From an uncultured virus (IMG/VR IMGVR_UViG_3300031111_000236) (lineage: Duplodnaviria > Heunggongvirae > Uroviricota > Caudoviricetes): 60,795 bases of DNA. The position numbers and the translations under genes were made by a program. Under the pieces are notes generated by a model. That model saw nothing but the letters and a program-made list of their open reading frames with translations, was not told the origin of the DNA and made no database searches. The stretch lies in the IMG/VR virus record IMGVR_UViG_3300031111_000236. One strand, written 5' to 3'. The stretch's first letter is position 1, and each line of letters begins with the position of its first letter. Of the stretch, positions 10,419 to 19,690 are shown piece by piece.

Positions 10419-10719
10419 TATTGGCCTTAGCGTAAGGTTTAAATAGATTGATATCCTTCTTCGAGCTAAGTGCTTACCCGCACGTCGGTGGTACGAGAGG
10501 AGGGAATCCCCGCCCTCTTCTCGTCACCTTAAACTTTTTATACCTCTGGTCAATCGTTATTCTGTATGATATCTGAGACGAGGACATACTTCTACCTCTT
10601 GAAGTTTGAAGACAATACGTTTATCATGTGCTGGACACACCTCTTGTGACGCTGTTCTGCTCAAATTGGTATACATTTATAAGGGTGTCTCGTCCATATC
10701 AAACGTAGGTGATACAAAG

Positions 10720-11124
10720 ATGTCGCTGACTGACGTAGAAGGAAACGAAGTCCCAATCGACAACGGTGTCGATGCCATTATCGTCGCCCTGTGCCGAGGC
10801 ATAGTTGGTAAGAAGGATAAGGCCACTACGGTAGTCGCCGCTCTCAAAGAACGCTCTGTGGAGGTCTATGTTATAGGCCCCGCACATGGTGTGATATTCT
10901 TCCCAGAGCATCGTCTCTGGGGTGAGTACGAGGTCGTGAATGGTGTGATGAAGATGGTCACAGAGAAGACCATACCCGCCATGCGAGAGGCGAGCATCCT
11001 GAAGACCAAGGATGTAGATGCTGTATACAAGGCTAATCTTATCCGTGCCAGTAGTTATAGGGATACAGACACCGAGTATTGGGGTGTACTGGACGATTCG
11101 GTTCTCACCGCTCTTGGCTATTAA
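10720..11124 (+). CDS. hypothetical protein
   Basis: TATA at 10676 and GGTGAT at 10708 point to ATG 10720. Confidence 0.7.
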   Translation: MSLTDVEGNEVPIDNGVDAIIVALCRGIVGKKDKATTVVAALKERSVEVYVIGPAHGVIFFPEHRLWGEYEVVNGVMKMVTEKTIPAMREASILKTKDVDAVYKANLIRASSYRDTDTEYWGVLDDSVLTALGY

Positions 11125-11171
11125 AGGTTTCGATAAAAACTTAAATAGAACTCGATTCCTACCAGTAACCG

Positions 11172-11945
11172 ATGAGTTGGTTCGGAGAAAAGATAAGACA
11201 CGGGCACAGTGCCCGTCGTATTCATAGTGATAAGTCGGTCAGTAGCTTTGTGAACAACAATCCGAAGGCTATGGTCTACTTTTCACAGGAGGGCTGTGGG
11301 GCCTGTCGTGCGACAGACCCTATAGTCGATAAGCAGTCCAAGAAGCGGAACGCTAAAGTCAAGAAGGTCAACCTTTCCAAGGTCAGTGTCAAGAATTTTC
11401 CTGGGGTCACGGCAACTCCTACCATAAGGCTGTACAAGGAAGGTAAACAAGCTGGCGAAATCGTGGGCGTTCCAGAAGATGCCGACTTCAAGGTTCTTGG
11501 TACAACGAGGTCTTCGAAGAAGCCCCGCAAGCCCTCTACCAAAGCTCATAAGATGGGGGGTGGTCCGAAAGTCAGCCCCAAGAAGGAGAGCATCCAGAAA
11601 ACAGGGTGTATCGGGTGCTCGTCCGCTCATATTGCAGGAGCAAGCTCCATGCTCAACGAGTCTATCAGGTTCGCTGACGCTGGTGGTGTATCCCATCCCG
11701 AAGTTGTAAGAAGACTTGTACTCGCTCGTGAGGAGATAGTAGCGATGGAGCGTATCGACCTCTCCGAAGAAGCTATAGCTAACTCTCCCAAGAGAGACCA
11801 AGAGCTTGCCGCTGAGTTCAAGCCCCGCATTAGGCTGGTACGTCAACACATTACAGGTATCAAGAGCGTGAACGACCTCAAGAAGACTGCCCGTGAAGCT
11901 CGACAGTTGAATATCGACTTTACCAAGGCCCAGATGGGGATATGA
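11172..11945 (+). CDS. thioredoxin-domain protein with divergent N-terminal RH tag and C-terminal CxxC helical domain
   Basis: YFSQEGCGAC and TPT cis-Pro motif; WFGEKIRHGHSARRI; CIGC. Confidence 0.75.
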   Translation: MSWFGEKIRHGHSARRIHSDKSVSSFVNNNPKAMVYFSQEGCGACRATDPIVDKQSKKRNAKVKKVNLSKVSVKNFPGVTATPTIRLYKEGKQAGEIVGVPEDADFKVLGTTRSSKKPRKPSTKAHKMGGGPKVSPKKESIQKTGCIGCSSAHIAGASSMLNESIRFADAGGVSHPEVVRRLVLAREEIVAMERIDLSEEAIANSPKRDQELAAEFKPRIRLVRQHITGIKSVNDLKKTAREARQLNIDFTKAQMGI

Positions 11946-12598
11946 TGGCTTGGGACGGCGAGAGTCAGAGACATCGCTTAGCTCGACGTGGTATTATCTC
12001 TATTGCCAACACACCAGACATACCTGACGACTACGAGCTGGTTGATGATTATTTTGGTAAAGTGGCTAAGCAACCGCCAGGCCGACTCCCAGAGTATCTT
12101 GGTCTTGGTAGAGACGGGTCATGGTCGTGGTACGAGAAGAAGCTCTTGAACCTGTCGGGCAATGACAATGCAAGCCCCGAGATGCAGAAGCTCGCCAAGA
12201 GTCTGGTCAAAGGTCATAGAACACAGAGAAAGAAACTCGAATCGGTCTATGCCCATGTCACGAGTGAAATTGATACCATATACCATCTTGAGAAGATGGC
12301 TGGTCGTATGTACAGGTTCCTCAAGGGTGATGCGGCATCAGTGTGGGATAGGCGTGGGTCCTCTGGTGAGGCTTGTCACACACAGAGTATTCTCATGAGG
12401 AGTATGCTGTTATCCAGTGGGTCCTTCAAACCAAACGAGGTCAAGTTCGCCTATCATTGGCACAACTCGATACCGCATACGTATCTGAAGGTGTACCTAC
12501 GTGATGAGCGCAAGTGGATAGCTGTGGACCCAATAAGACAGGACTATGTGAAGGGTGCTACCAAGAACCCCCTCTTGGCCCTCGGTAAACATTTATAA
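11942..12598 (+). CDS. transglutaminase-like (Cys-His-Asp) protein with RH tag
   Basis: GEAC...HTYLKV...WIAVDP triad spacing; N-terminal WDGESQRHRLARRGI. Confidence 0.7.
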   Translation: MMAWDGESQRHRLARRGIISIANTPDIPDDYELVDDYFGKVAKQPPGRLPEYLGLGRDGSWSWYEKKLLNLSGNDNASPEMQKLAKSLVKGHRTQRKKLESVYAHVTSEIDTIYHLEKMAGRMYRFLKGDAASVWDRRGSSGEACHTQSILMRSMLLSSGSFKPNEVKFAYHWHNSIPHTYLKVYLRDERKWIAVDPIRQDYVKGATKNPLLALGKHL

Positions 12599-12643
12599 AG
12601 GTTTCCCTGAACCTATTTATATTGTCTATTCAATCGTATCTTC

Positions 12644-13555
12644 ATGAACAAGCCGCAAGGCTGGAAAGGGGATTCTCTTCGGCACGGACTGGCCCGTCGT
12701 GGGATTGATACAAGCCGCCTGATGACTGACATCGGTATAAGGGATATCAATAGAGCCGTCGTTCAAGACGGGTATCTGCCCAACTATGATACACTCACTG
12801 GTAGGGGTCCATCTTTTGTACAAAACAGGTTTGGGATGGCGCAGAGATATTGTCGTATCATCAAGAACGACTTCGAGAGGGTGATGGCCAGGTACAACGC
12901 TAAGGTTGTTGACGTACCTGGAAGTCGAGAACTGGTCTACGAAATACAACCCCCCTCTTGGAAGAAAGATAACCTTTCGGTCCTCGTATACTCAAGCATC
13001 ATTATGACAGGACAGGCCCGTGACTGTGGTGACGATGCTATCAGGGTTGTTGCAGTTCTTGACCATGACCCGAAGAAGATAGTATCGGGCAGGACGAAGA
13101 CGCTACGTATTGATTCCTGGGAGAAGAACCTCACTGCCAAAATAGACGACCTCTTGCAGTACGAACCTGTGACCTGCCCGAGATGTGGCTCTATGATGGT
13201 AGTCAGGACTAATAAGAGGACGAAAGAGAAGTTCATGGGGTGCTCTCAGTGGCCCAAGTGCTCACAGACGATGCCTATCAAGAGGCGTGATACATCGCTA
13301 CAACCGAAGAAGGCCCCCGCTGTCCGCAAGAACAATCCAGTAATTAGAAAGCACCAAGAGCAGATTATCAGAGACTTCTGGGACTACGAGAACATGATAA
13401 AGAGTCTCGACGACGCTATGAAGGACGGACGGCTCTCATACGACGAGAAACAGTGGTTACAGCGATGGGCGAGTCGGGAGTACGGGAAGTACTTGAAAGA
13501 CCCGAAGAGCTACGAGAGGGTACATTCCTTTGCGCACAGGGGGAAACGTAGATGA
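12644..13555 (+). CDS. RH-tag protein with topoisomerase-type C4 Zn ribbon
   Basis: CPRCGSMMVVR...FMGCSQWPKC; N-terminal GWKGDSLRHGLARRGI. Confidence 0.78.
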   Translation: MNKPQGWKGDSLRHGLARRGIDTSRLMTDIGIRDINRAVVQDGYLPNYDTLTGRGPSFVQNRFGMAQRYCRIIKNDFERVMARYNAKVVDVPGSRELVYEIQPPSWKKDNLSVLVYSSIIMTGQARDCGDDAIRVVAVLDHDPKKIVSGRTKTLRIDSWEKNLTAKIDDLLQYEPVTCPRCGSMMVVRTNKRTKEKFMGCSQWPKCSQTMPIKRRDTSLQPKKAPAVRKNNPVIRKHQEQIIRDFWDYENMIKSLDDAMKDGRLSYDEKQWLQRWASREYGKYLKDPKSYERVHSFAHRGKRR

Positions 13556-14511
13556 GGGGTAGAGGGTGGTTGGGTGACTCTGCAAGGCACTCGCTCAGTC
13601 GAGCGGGTATTCCTAATTCCTTCGGGTATAAGAAGGACTTTGTTACTTTTAGGAAGAAGGAGTGGCACGATGATTACCCAGACCCCGACCCTAAGAAGGC
13701 AAGAAAGGAGGTTAAGAAGAAGACATTAGATTTACAGGCCCTCATGGTGAACCCTGCCAGAGTAGAGGAAGAGCGTGATAAAATCACGGTCTATTTGCCT
13801 GATGACGAAGTGATGTATAACTTTAGCACGAGGTACGACGACAAATACAATGATTGGGATATCGACCCAGACTTTCTTCTTGACACAGAAAGACCAGCTT
13901 ACTACTTACTCATGATTACATATGGTAGACCAGAGGTAATCAAAGAGAATCAGGACCTTCAGGACGCTTTGATGATATCGATTATGAACCGACTCAGGAA
14001 CAAGAAGGACTATAAGTTCTGGTTTGACGGTAGCTGGATGTTTCTGGACGGCTTATCAATGGATAACAAACTGTTATTGTTGCCAAAACTATTGAGTCAT
14101 CTCAAGAGGGTAAGCACTCTACAGATGTGGTACAGAAATCAAAAGTACGAGGACCTTATTCAGATGTCTCTCGTAGGGGAGAGCGAAGAAGGAATACGCT
14201 TGCTATCGCACGTTCTCAAGGGTCATGAGTCATTTTTCGGCTTACCCACACGCTACATAGAGAACTTTGCTAAGGACGCTCGTGACATGACGGGTATGTA
14301 CGTCTACAACAAGGATGCAGACTTCATAATATATGCGCCAGTACCTAACGTTGATAATGAGGCGAGGGCGAAAGAGCTTTTCGAGAGGTGGACAGTACCT
14401 GCTCTCCAAGCCTGGAAAGGCGAAAAGTTGAAGGCGTACCTACCAAATATAGAGAACAAGTATGCCAGACAGATGGTAATCAAATACCTGGGTCTCAGGG
14501 TGGGAGCATGA
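13552..14511 (+). CDS. RH-tag protein, DIxPDFLLD family member 1
   Basis: GWLGDSARHSLSRAGIPNSFGY; DIDPDFLLD; DLQDAL. Confidence 0.8.
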   Translation: MRGRGWLGDSARHSLSRAGIPNSFGYKKDFVTFRKKEWHDDYPDPDPKKARKEVKKKTLDLQALMVNPARVEEERDKITVYLPDDEVMYNFSTRYDDKYNDWDIDPDFLLDTERPAYYLLMITYGRPEVIKENQDLQDALMISIMNRLRNKKDYKFWFDGSWMFLDGLSMDNKLLLLPKLLSHLKRVSTLQMWYRNQKYEDLIQMSLVGESEEGIRLLSHVLKGHESFFGLPTRYIENFAKDARDMTGMYVYNKDADFIIYAPVPNVDNEARAKELFERWTVPALQAWKGEKLKAYLPNIENKYARQMVIKYLGLRVGA

Positions 14512-15464
14512 AAACAGGGTGGACCTCGGACCCCGTGAGACACGGACTTGCCGCAAGAGGCATCAGTAACTTTGCCTACCGCCAGAACTTCATAGTGCAC
14601 GAGCCGAGAAAGACAGACGAGTTCACTGATAAGACCCAAGTTCTTGTCAATCTCTACAATAAGAAGATATACGACCTGATGCTCGACCCACAGAGGGTAG
14701 AGAAGCAGAAGGGGGAAATCAAGCTCATCATGCACCAGAAGACTTTCGAGAATTTCGACAAGGACTTCAAGCCTAATCTCGCTGGCAAGGATATACAACC
14801 AGACTTCCTGTTGGATGCGGCCAATCCTGGTGTTACGTTTTTTCTTGTCACTGGTGGGGACATGGGTATGGTCAGAAGTAATCCCGACCTACAGGACGCT
14901 CTCGTGATAAACTTGCTCCAGGGTATGGAAAAGTGGGGGCCGTATGAGGTCACTCACAGGGACTGGTACTATACAGATGGTCTCCCGTTCAGTACTAAGC
15001 TGGTAGTCCTACCTAAGATGCTCAAGAATCTCTTGTCCAGTAACTTGTATTCCGATGTATACAAGAACAAGACCATGCACTCCCTCTTGGAACAGGCGGC
15101 GGCTGGTCACTCGGAAGAAGAGGCTCAAGTGATACTGGACATTTTCAAGAGAGAGGCGGCTAAACACAGAAAGAAGCACGTCGATGAGAGCTTCAAAATA
15201 CTGGACTCCTACGAGCACATAGTCAAGGACGCAAAGGACCTCAAGATAGCCTATTTCTATTCCAACTTATCGACCTTGAGAGGCATGAGCTACTATACAA
15301 TACCAACAAGTGATGACAAGGACAGGTGTAGAGAGCTTTTGGATAGGTGGGGAGGCAAGCGTGCCAAGCTATTCTACGGCCCACTTGCGGAGGACGTGTA
15401 TTACAACCCAGAGTACTCGATGACTCCAACCACGGAGGCGTTGCTACGTGACTTGGCCGACTAA
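14508..15464 (+). CDS. RH-tag protein, DIxPDFLLD family member 2
   Basis: ATGA overlap start at 14508; GWTSDPVRHGLAARGISNFAY; DIQPDFLLD. Confidence 0.8.
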   Translation: MKTGWTSDPVRHGLAARGISNFAYRQNFIVHEPRKTDEFTDKTQVLVNLYNKKIYDLMLDPQRVEKQKGEIKLIMHQKTFENFDKDFKPNLAGKDIQPDFLLDAANPGVTFFLVTGGDMGMVRSNPDLQDALVINLLQGMEKWGPYEVTHRDWYYTDGLPFSTKLVVLPKMLKNLLSSNLYSDVYKNKTMHSLLEQAAAGHSEEEAQVILDIFKREAAKHRKKHVDESFKILDSYEHIVKDAKDLKIAYFYSNLSTLRGMSYYTIPTSDDKDRCRELLDRWGGKRAKLFYGPLAEDVYYNPEYSMTPTTEALLRDLAD

Positions 15465-16458
15465 CCCTATAAGGCATGGCCTCTCGGCTCGTGGTATTAG
15501 GAGCTTTGCCTATCGTGAGGGTTTCATCGAAACGAGGAACATCGATGATAAGTGGCTTGATGAGAATTTCCACCTGAGATATCCTCGAAGGCATAACGAA
15601 AGCCTATTCAAACTGTTGACAGAGCCAGAGGAAGTGGAGTCACGAGCCTTCACAGACAGTGCTACTGGTAAGCTACATGGCGGAATCATAGTGAGTCGTC
15701 ACCCCGACGTGTTTGAGGACTTCAACAAGAAATATGGTGAACAGATACAAAGCGGTGAGCTTGATATAAAACCAGACTTTATGCTGGATGCCGATGACCC
15801 TGTATCGCTCTTCTTCATGGTGACCAACGGTGACATGGAACTTGTGCGTAGGACACCTGACCTTCAGGACGCTCTTGTAGCGTCTATTCTCAAGCGTGTC
15901 CGTGATGGTGATTATAATCGGATTTACTATTATCTTGACAGTCTTCCCACCGAAACTAAGATGTACCTCTTGCCCAAGATGATTAACGCAATCATAGATG
16001 ACCGACGAATTGAGAGGATAGTGAAAGAGACCCTCTTGAGGGGGATGTACGTCACTTCTACTGTTGGACACTCGCAAGATGACGTGGAGGTTCTGCTGAA
16101 GCTCTACAAACAGATAATGAGGAGGAAACTCAAGGCTGTCGATGGGTGGGACCTAACGGGTATATTCACACTCTGGGATTGGATGCCTTACGATGCGAAG
16201 GACATAGACATACTCTATGCTTACGAGAACAGAGCCAATATGCACTCTATAAACTACTACGTGCTTCCGACTTCCAAGAGCCGCCCGAGGGGTCGTGAAC
16301 TCTTGGATAGGTTGGGAACCTCTTGGGACGTTGATAGAGTACACAAGGCTTACAAGGACAACCTCTACTATGATAGGAGCCTCCCGCAGAATAAGAAAAT
16401 GCTCAACAGGACGACTAAGTTCCTACTCGATGAGAGGGGCAAGAAGGGGTGGTCTTGA
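15448..16458 (+). CDS. RH-tag protein, DIxPDFLLD family member 3
   Basis: TWPTNPIRHGLSARGIRSFAY; DIKPDFMLD. Confidence 0.8.
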   Translation: MTWPTNPIRHGLSARGIRSFAYREGFIETRNIDDKWLDENFHLRYPRRHNESLFKLLTEPEEVESRAFTDSATGKLHGGIIVSRHPDVFEDFNKKYGEQIQSGELDIKPDFMLDADDPVSLFFMVTNGDMELVRRTPDLQDALVASILKRVRDGDYNRIYYYLDSLPTETKMYLLPKMINAIIDDRRIERIVKETLLRGMYVTSTVGHSQDDVEVLLKLYKQIMRRKLKAVDGWDLTGIFTLWDWMPYDAKDIDILYAYENRANMHSINYYVLPTSKSRPRGRELLDRLGTSWDVDRVHKAYKDNLYYDRSLPQNKKMLNRTTKFLLDERGKKGWS

Positions 16459-17372
16459 TGGGATGGCCCAAGAGTCCACTCAGGCACGGTCTATCAGGAA
16501 GAGGTGTCAAGAGCTTCGCCTACAAGCCCAACTTCGTTAGCTACTCACTGCCGCCTCGCTCAGAGGAAATGAGACTCAACGCTGTGATTAATCTGCACGA
16601 CCTCATGCTCACACCTACGAAAATAGAGCAGGAGCACGACAGCATAGCTCTCTATCTCAACTTGGCTGATATGAATAGGTTTGACAAGACCTTTGGTGAA
16701 AAGCTCAGGGAAGATGATATTCAGCCAGACTTTCTTCTTGATGCGGCTCCGAGAGCGTCTCCCCTCTTGTACTTCGTGACAAACGGTAGCAGGAAGCTCT
16801 TCGAGGTGAACGACTCGCTCAGGGCCTCTGTAGTTGTCTATATGCTCACTGTTATGGACGACCCTAAGTTCTGGTCCAATAATGACTATGTGTACTTCAA
16901 TGTGTTAACACCTGATGAGAAGATAGTGCTACTCCCCAAGATGCTACGGAGAGTGGCCGCTCTTGACCCTGGTAATAGGGGCACTATTCTCAAGGACCTC
17001 TACATACTGTCAGTGGCTGGTATGAGCGTAGAGGATAAGAACGTTTTCCTGAAGACGCTTAATAAGGCTGTTAGCGAACAGAAGCAGAACATAGCTAACT
17101 CCCTGTCCCTCGACACTATGGCCGATGCTGTCCGCAAGATGGACACCCAGGACATGAAGGTCTTCTACTACATGACCAAGAACGGTAAGCTCGGGTGGAG
17201 TCTCCTACCAGACACAGATGACCTGGAGCACTTCTTATACCTTGTGGAGCAGACGGGGACCAACCTCTTGGAAGAAATCAAGTACGGGCAGATTCATTAC
17301 AACTCTTCTGAGCTACCGAGCTTCTTCCAGAGTCAGGAGTACGAAGAGCTTCTGGAAGATTTAGCTATATAA
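16458..17372 (+). CDS. RH-tag protein, DIxPDFLLD family member 4
   Basis: TGATG overlap; GWPKSPLRHGLSGRGVKSFAY; DIQPDFLLD. Confidence 0.8.
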   Translation: MGWPKSPLRHGLSGRGVKSFAYKPNFVSYSLPPRSEEMRLNAVINLHDLMLTPTKIEQEHDSIALYLNLADMNRFDKTFGEKLREDDIQPDFLLDAAPRASPLLYFVTNGSRKLFEVNDSLRASVVVYMLTVMDDPKFWSNNDYVYFNVLTPDEKIVLLPKMLRRVAALDPGNRGTILKDLYILSVAGMSVEDKNVFLKTLNKAVSEQKQNIANSLSLDTMADAVRKMDTQDMKVFYYMTKNGKLGWSLLPDTDDLEHFLYLVEQTGTNLLEEIKYGQIHYNSSELPSFFQSQEYEELLEDLAI

Positions 17373-17428
17373 GGGTTCTCATTAACCGTTAAATACAATG
17401 ACTACACTCTCATCCAATAGGTGATGAT

Positions 17429-17686
17429 ATGGCTGACTTCGGAATACTTGGCCTGACCTTTGGACTGGCATACTCTGTCGTGTACCTGGCTCTTCTCGTG
17501 TTGAGAGTAGTACTTGTACCCTCGATAACGATAAGCGCATACAGGAACGGCAGGAGCGTGCTGTTCTGGGGTATCTTAGCCATGATAGTACCCATAGTTG
17601 CCCTCGTCTGCTTCATGTTCCTTGGGAACGAGAAGAAGAGGGACGTGTGCTACGCATGGAAGGACTGTGCCAAAAAGGGAAAGTAG
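17429..17686 (+). CDS. small membrane protein
   Basis: Two hydrophobic helices; basic tail with a Cys pair; GGTGAT SD. Confidence 0.7.
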   Translation: MADFGILGLTFGLAYSVVYLALLVLRVVLVPSITISAYRNGRSVLFWGILAMIVPIVALVCFMFLGNEKKRDVCYAWKDCAKKGK

Positions 17687-17701
17687 AACCCATACCACAC
17701 G

Positions 17702-17947
17702 GTGGTACGCATGGCGAGGAAGAAGCAAGAGGCGTGTCTAATTCGACATCCGAAAGGACACTGCCTGGACGATAACATATTGAACACGGTCATAGTGTTC
17801 ATTGGCTGGATTATAGTCACCGTTTCTGGTGCTATAGTACTGGCCGCTGTCATAGCTTTCGTCCCTCTTAATGTCTGGACCATACTCACTGCATTTGCTG
17901 TGATGTTCTTCGGGTTCCTCCTGACCCAAGTCGGTATCAAAGACTAA
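17702..17947 (+). CDS. small membrane protein
   Basis: Two hydrophobic helices. Confidence 0.65.
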   Translation: MVRMARKKQEACLIRHPKGHCLDDNILNTVIVFIGWIIVTVSGAIVLAAVIAFVPLNVWTILTAFAVMFFGFLLTQVGIKD

Positions 17948-17958
17948 CAGGTGGTCAT

Positions 17959-18657
17959 ATGGCCTTCGATAATGAACCTCTGAGACACGGACTATCAAGA
18001 CGGGGTATTCCCCATAGCAAGAGCTTCGCTCAGAGTCCTGCCTGTCCTGTGGACAGTATAGGACTACACTGCAATGTACCAGATTCGCAGTTCGACCCGA
18101 GACAGCTACAAACGGGCATACGTATCGAGATGGAGGAGCACACGAAGAATCCTGTGGTCGCCAAGGAGATAGCTAAGGACCATCTCTCAGAGCACCCTGA
18201 TTACTACTCGTGGCTTGTTGAGATGGAGATGGCGGCGGCGGCGACCAATACCTTCAAGAAGCTCGTAGCGTCTCAGGACACCAGCAAGTTCGAGAAGAGT
18301 AACCAGAACCCCGTAAGCCCACCGAGACAGGCCCCTCCGCAGGACTTGGCCTTCGGTTATGCGACATTGCCTAAGTACAAGGGCGGCTCGGGTGCGGGGA
18401 AGCTCAAGGTCGGTAAGAAGGTCACTAAGCCCTCGCAGTTCAAGGTTGGTGAGACCTATATTGCCGTGAGCAACCAGTTCAAGAGCATCAATGTGATGAA
18501 GGTCAAGGAGAGGAGTGACGGCCCGTCAAAGGGTGTTATGGCCGTCTTCGTGGACCCCAATGACCCGAGGAAGAAGCGTCTGAGCGACGATAGGGAGTTC
18601 TTCATACACGACTTCCAGTTGAAGTATGACGAGGACGTGTACTACGAGGTTAGGTGA
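17959..18657 (+). CDS. RH-tag protein with DUF5661-like domain and a second C-terminal domain
   Basis: FDNEPLRHGLSRRGI..SFA; GIRIEMEEH..AKEIAKDHLSEHPDYY. Confidence 0.75.
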   Translation: MAFDNEPLRHGLSRRGIPHSKSFAQSPACPVDSIGLHCNVPDSQFDPRQLQTGIRIEMEEHTKNPVVAKEIAKDHLSEHPDYYSWLVEMEMAAAATNTFKKLVASQDTSKFEKSNQNPVSPPRQAPPQDLAFGYATLPKYKGGSGAGKLKVGKKVTKPSQFKVGETYIAVSNQFKSINVMKVKERSDGPSKGVMAVFVDPNDPRKKRLSDDREFFIHDFQLKYDEDVYYEVR

Positions 18658-18866
18658 CACTCTTGGATTTTATTGCCATAATAATGTTCTTTTTAGCCTT
18701 TGTTACTGGACTGGCGAGTATATTTTTCTTTATCCTGAGTATTGTCATGTTTAAAAAGGTTCGCCCATTGAGGGGGACGTTATTCATGGTTGCGAGTGTT
18801 TCCCTGTACGTTACTCATGCTGTGATTATGGTACTGTATGTACTGGCTGACTATTTCAGTAGCTGA
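18654..18866 (+). CDS. small membrane protein
   Basis: Two TM helices; GTGA overlap. Confidence 0.65.
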   Translation: MTLLDFIAIIMFFLAFVTGLASIFFFILSIVMFKKVRPLRGTLFMVASVSLYVTHAVIMVLYVLADYFSS

Positions 18867-18876
18867 AAAAGAAAAG

Positions 18877-18952
18877 TAGCGGCGGACAGATTTGAACTGT
18901 CGGTCTACAGGTTATGAGCCTGTCGGGATATACCTGGCTACCCCACACCGCT
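18877..18952 (-). tRNA. tRNA-Met(CAT), initiator-like
   Basis: Reverse complement AGCGGTG...ACAGG-CTCATAA-CCTGT...GACAG-TTCAAAT-CTGTC-CGCCGCT-A; A1-U72 pair; TATA ~35 nt upstream and T-run downstream on the minus strand. Confidence 0.93.
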
Positions 18953-19001
18953 ATTACAAGGTAACCTTCTTATAGGCGAGATACCATATATAAGCGTTCC
19001 T

Positions 19002-19181
19002 ATGGCAGTGATTACTACAGCGTTTGCACTCTTGACAACCCTCTTGCTCGGTATAATCATGTTAGCTTCTGGTCTTGTATTGTTGTTATTCGGAGCTATC
19101 TGGATTTACATCGCAGGATGGTTTATAGTATCTCCAATTAAGGACTGGTGGCGATGTCGTAGGGTCGATAGAGTCAAATAG
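19002..19181 (+). CDS. small membrane protein (59 aa, below the ORF-track cutoff)
   Basis: MAVITTAFALLTTLLLGIIMLASG...WWRCRRVDRVK, translated by hand. Confidence 0.55.
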   Translation: MAVITTAFALLTTLLLGIIMLASGLVLLLFGAIWIYIAGWFIVSPIKDWWRCRRVDRVK

Positions 19182-19255
19182 CTCTCATTGTCTTCGTATT
19201 TAATATCGACCCCAAAGTTTTTATATCTCACAGGAGTCTTACTCATTACTACATA

Positions 19256-19656
19256 CGCAAGCACGGACCCACGGCAGGAACGTAGGGCACAAGTGCATCC
19301 CATCCCACCAGTTTTGGTGGACCCCTCTAAGTGAACGCACCGTGCCATATATGGCTGTTGGATACGTTACGGCCTGGAGTTTCTCCTGGCACGGCAACCA
19401 ACCGCTCCCGTGTTCTTAATGGAGCGGTCAAGGTAATCTACTACCCCGCCCGAAGGGGCAATCCCCGAGAAGTGCCCGTTCCTGCCCACGTCCCATCACA
19501 TACCCTATGCACAAGTTCCTGGGGACGGAGGAGATGTGACCTCTGATAACCAGTAGGGTTGGCGGCATTTGGGGTGGAGACAGTGAATTAGCTGTCGTCG
19601 AAGCCCTCTTTGCTGTGTGGGCAGGTCTACCCTGATACCGTGGGTCTGTGCAAGCG
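19256..19656 (+). ncRNA. large structured non-coding RNA of unknown class (~390-400 nt)
   Basis: 14-bp end-to-end stem 19261-19274/19638-19651, second long-range stem, many hairpins, own promoter at 19187-19225, no credible ORF. Confidence 0.75.
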
Positions 19657-19690
19657 AAGTTTTATATATTGAAGAGGCATAGTTTGTACT

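Noticed and set aside
12644..13555. Calling this gene a topoisomerase I
   Set aside because: It has only a single C4 Zn ribbon, with no Toprim or catalytic core.
11172..18657. RH tag as a Tat or Sec signal peptide
   Set aside because: No hydrophobic h-region follows, and RR is present in only a few copies.
19106..19546. ORFs 19106-19348 (-) and 19331-19546 (+)
   Set aside because: Atypical composition and no SD; they overlap the structured RNA and its promoter.
19256..19656. Identification of the large RNA as SRP RNA, RNase P RNA or a group I intron
   Set aside because: GCCCGAAGGGGCAA only loosely recalls SRP helix 8; I found no GAGGAAAGTCC RNase P core and no interrupted host gene. Left unassigned.
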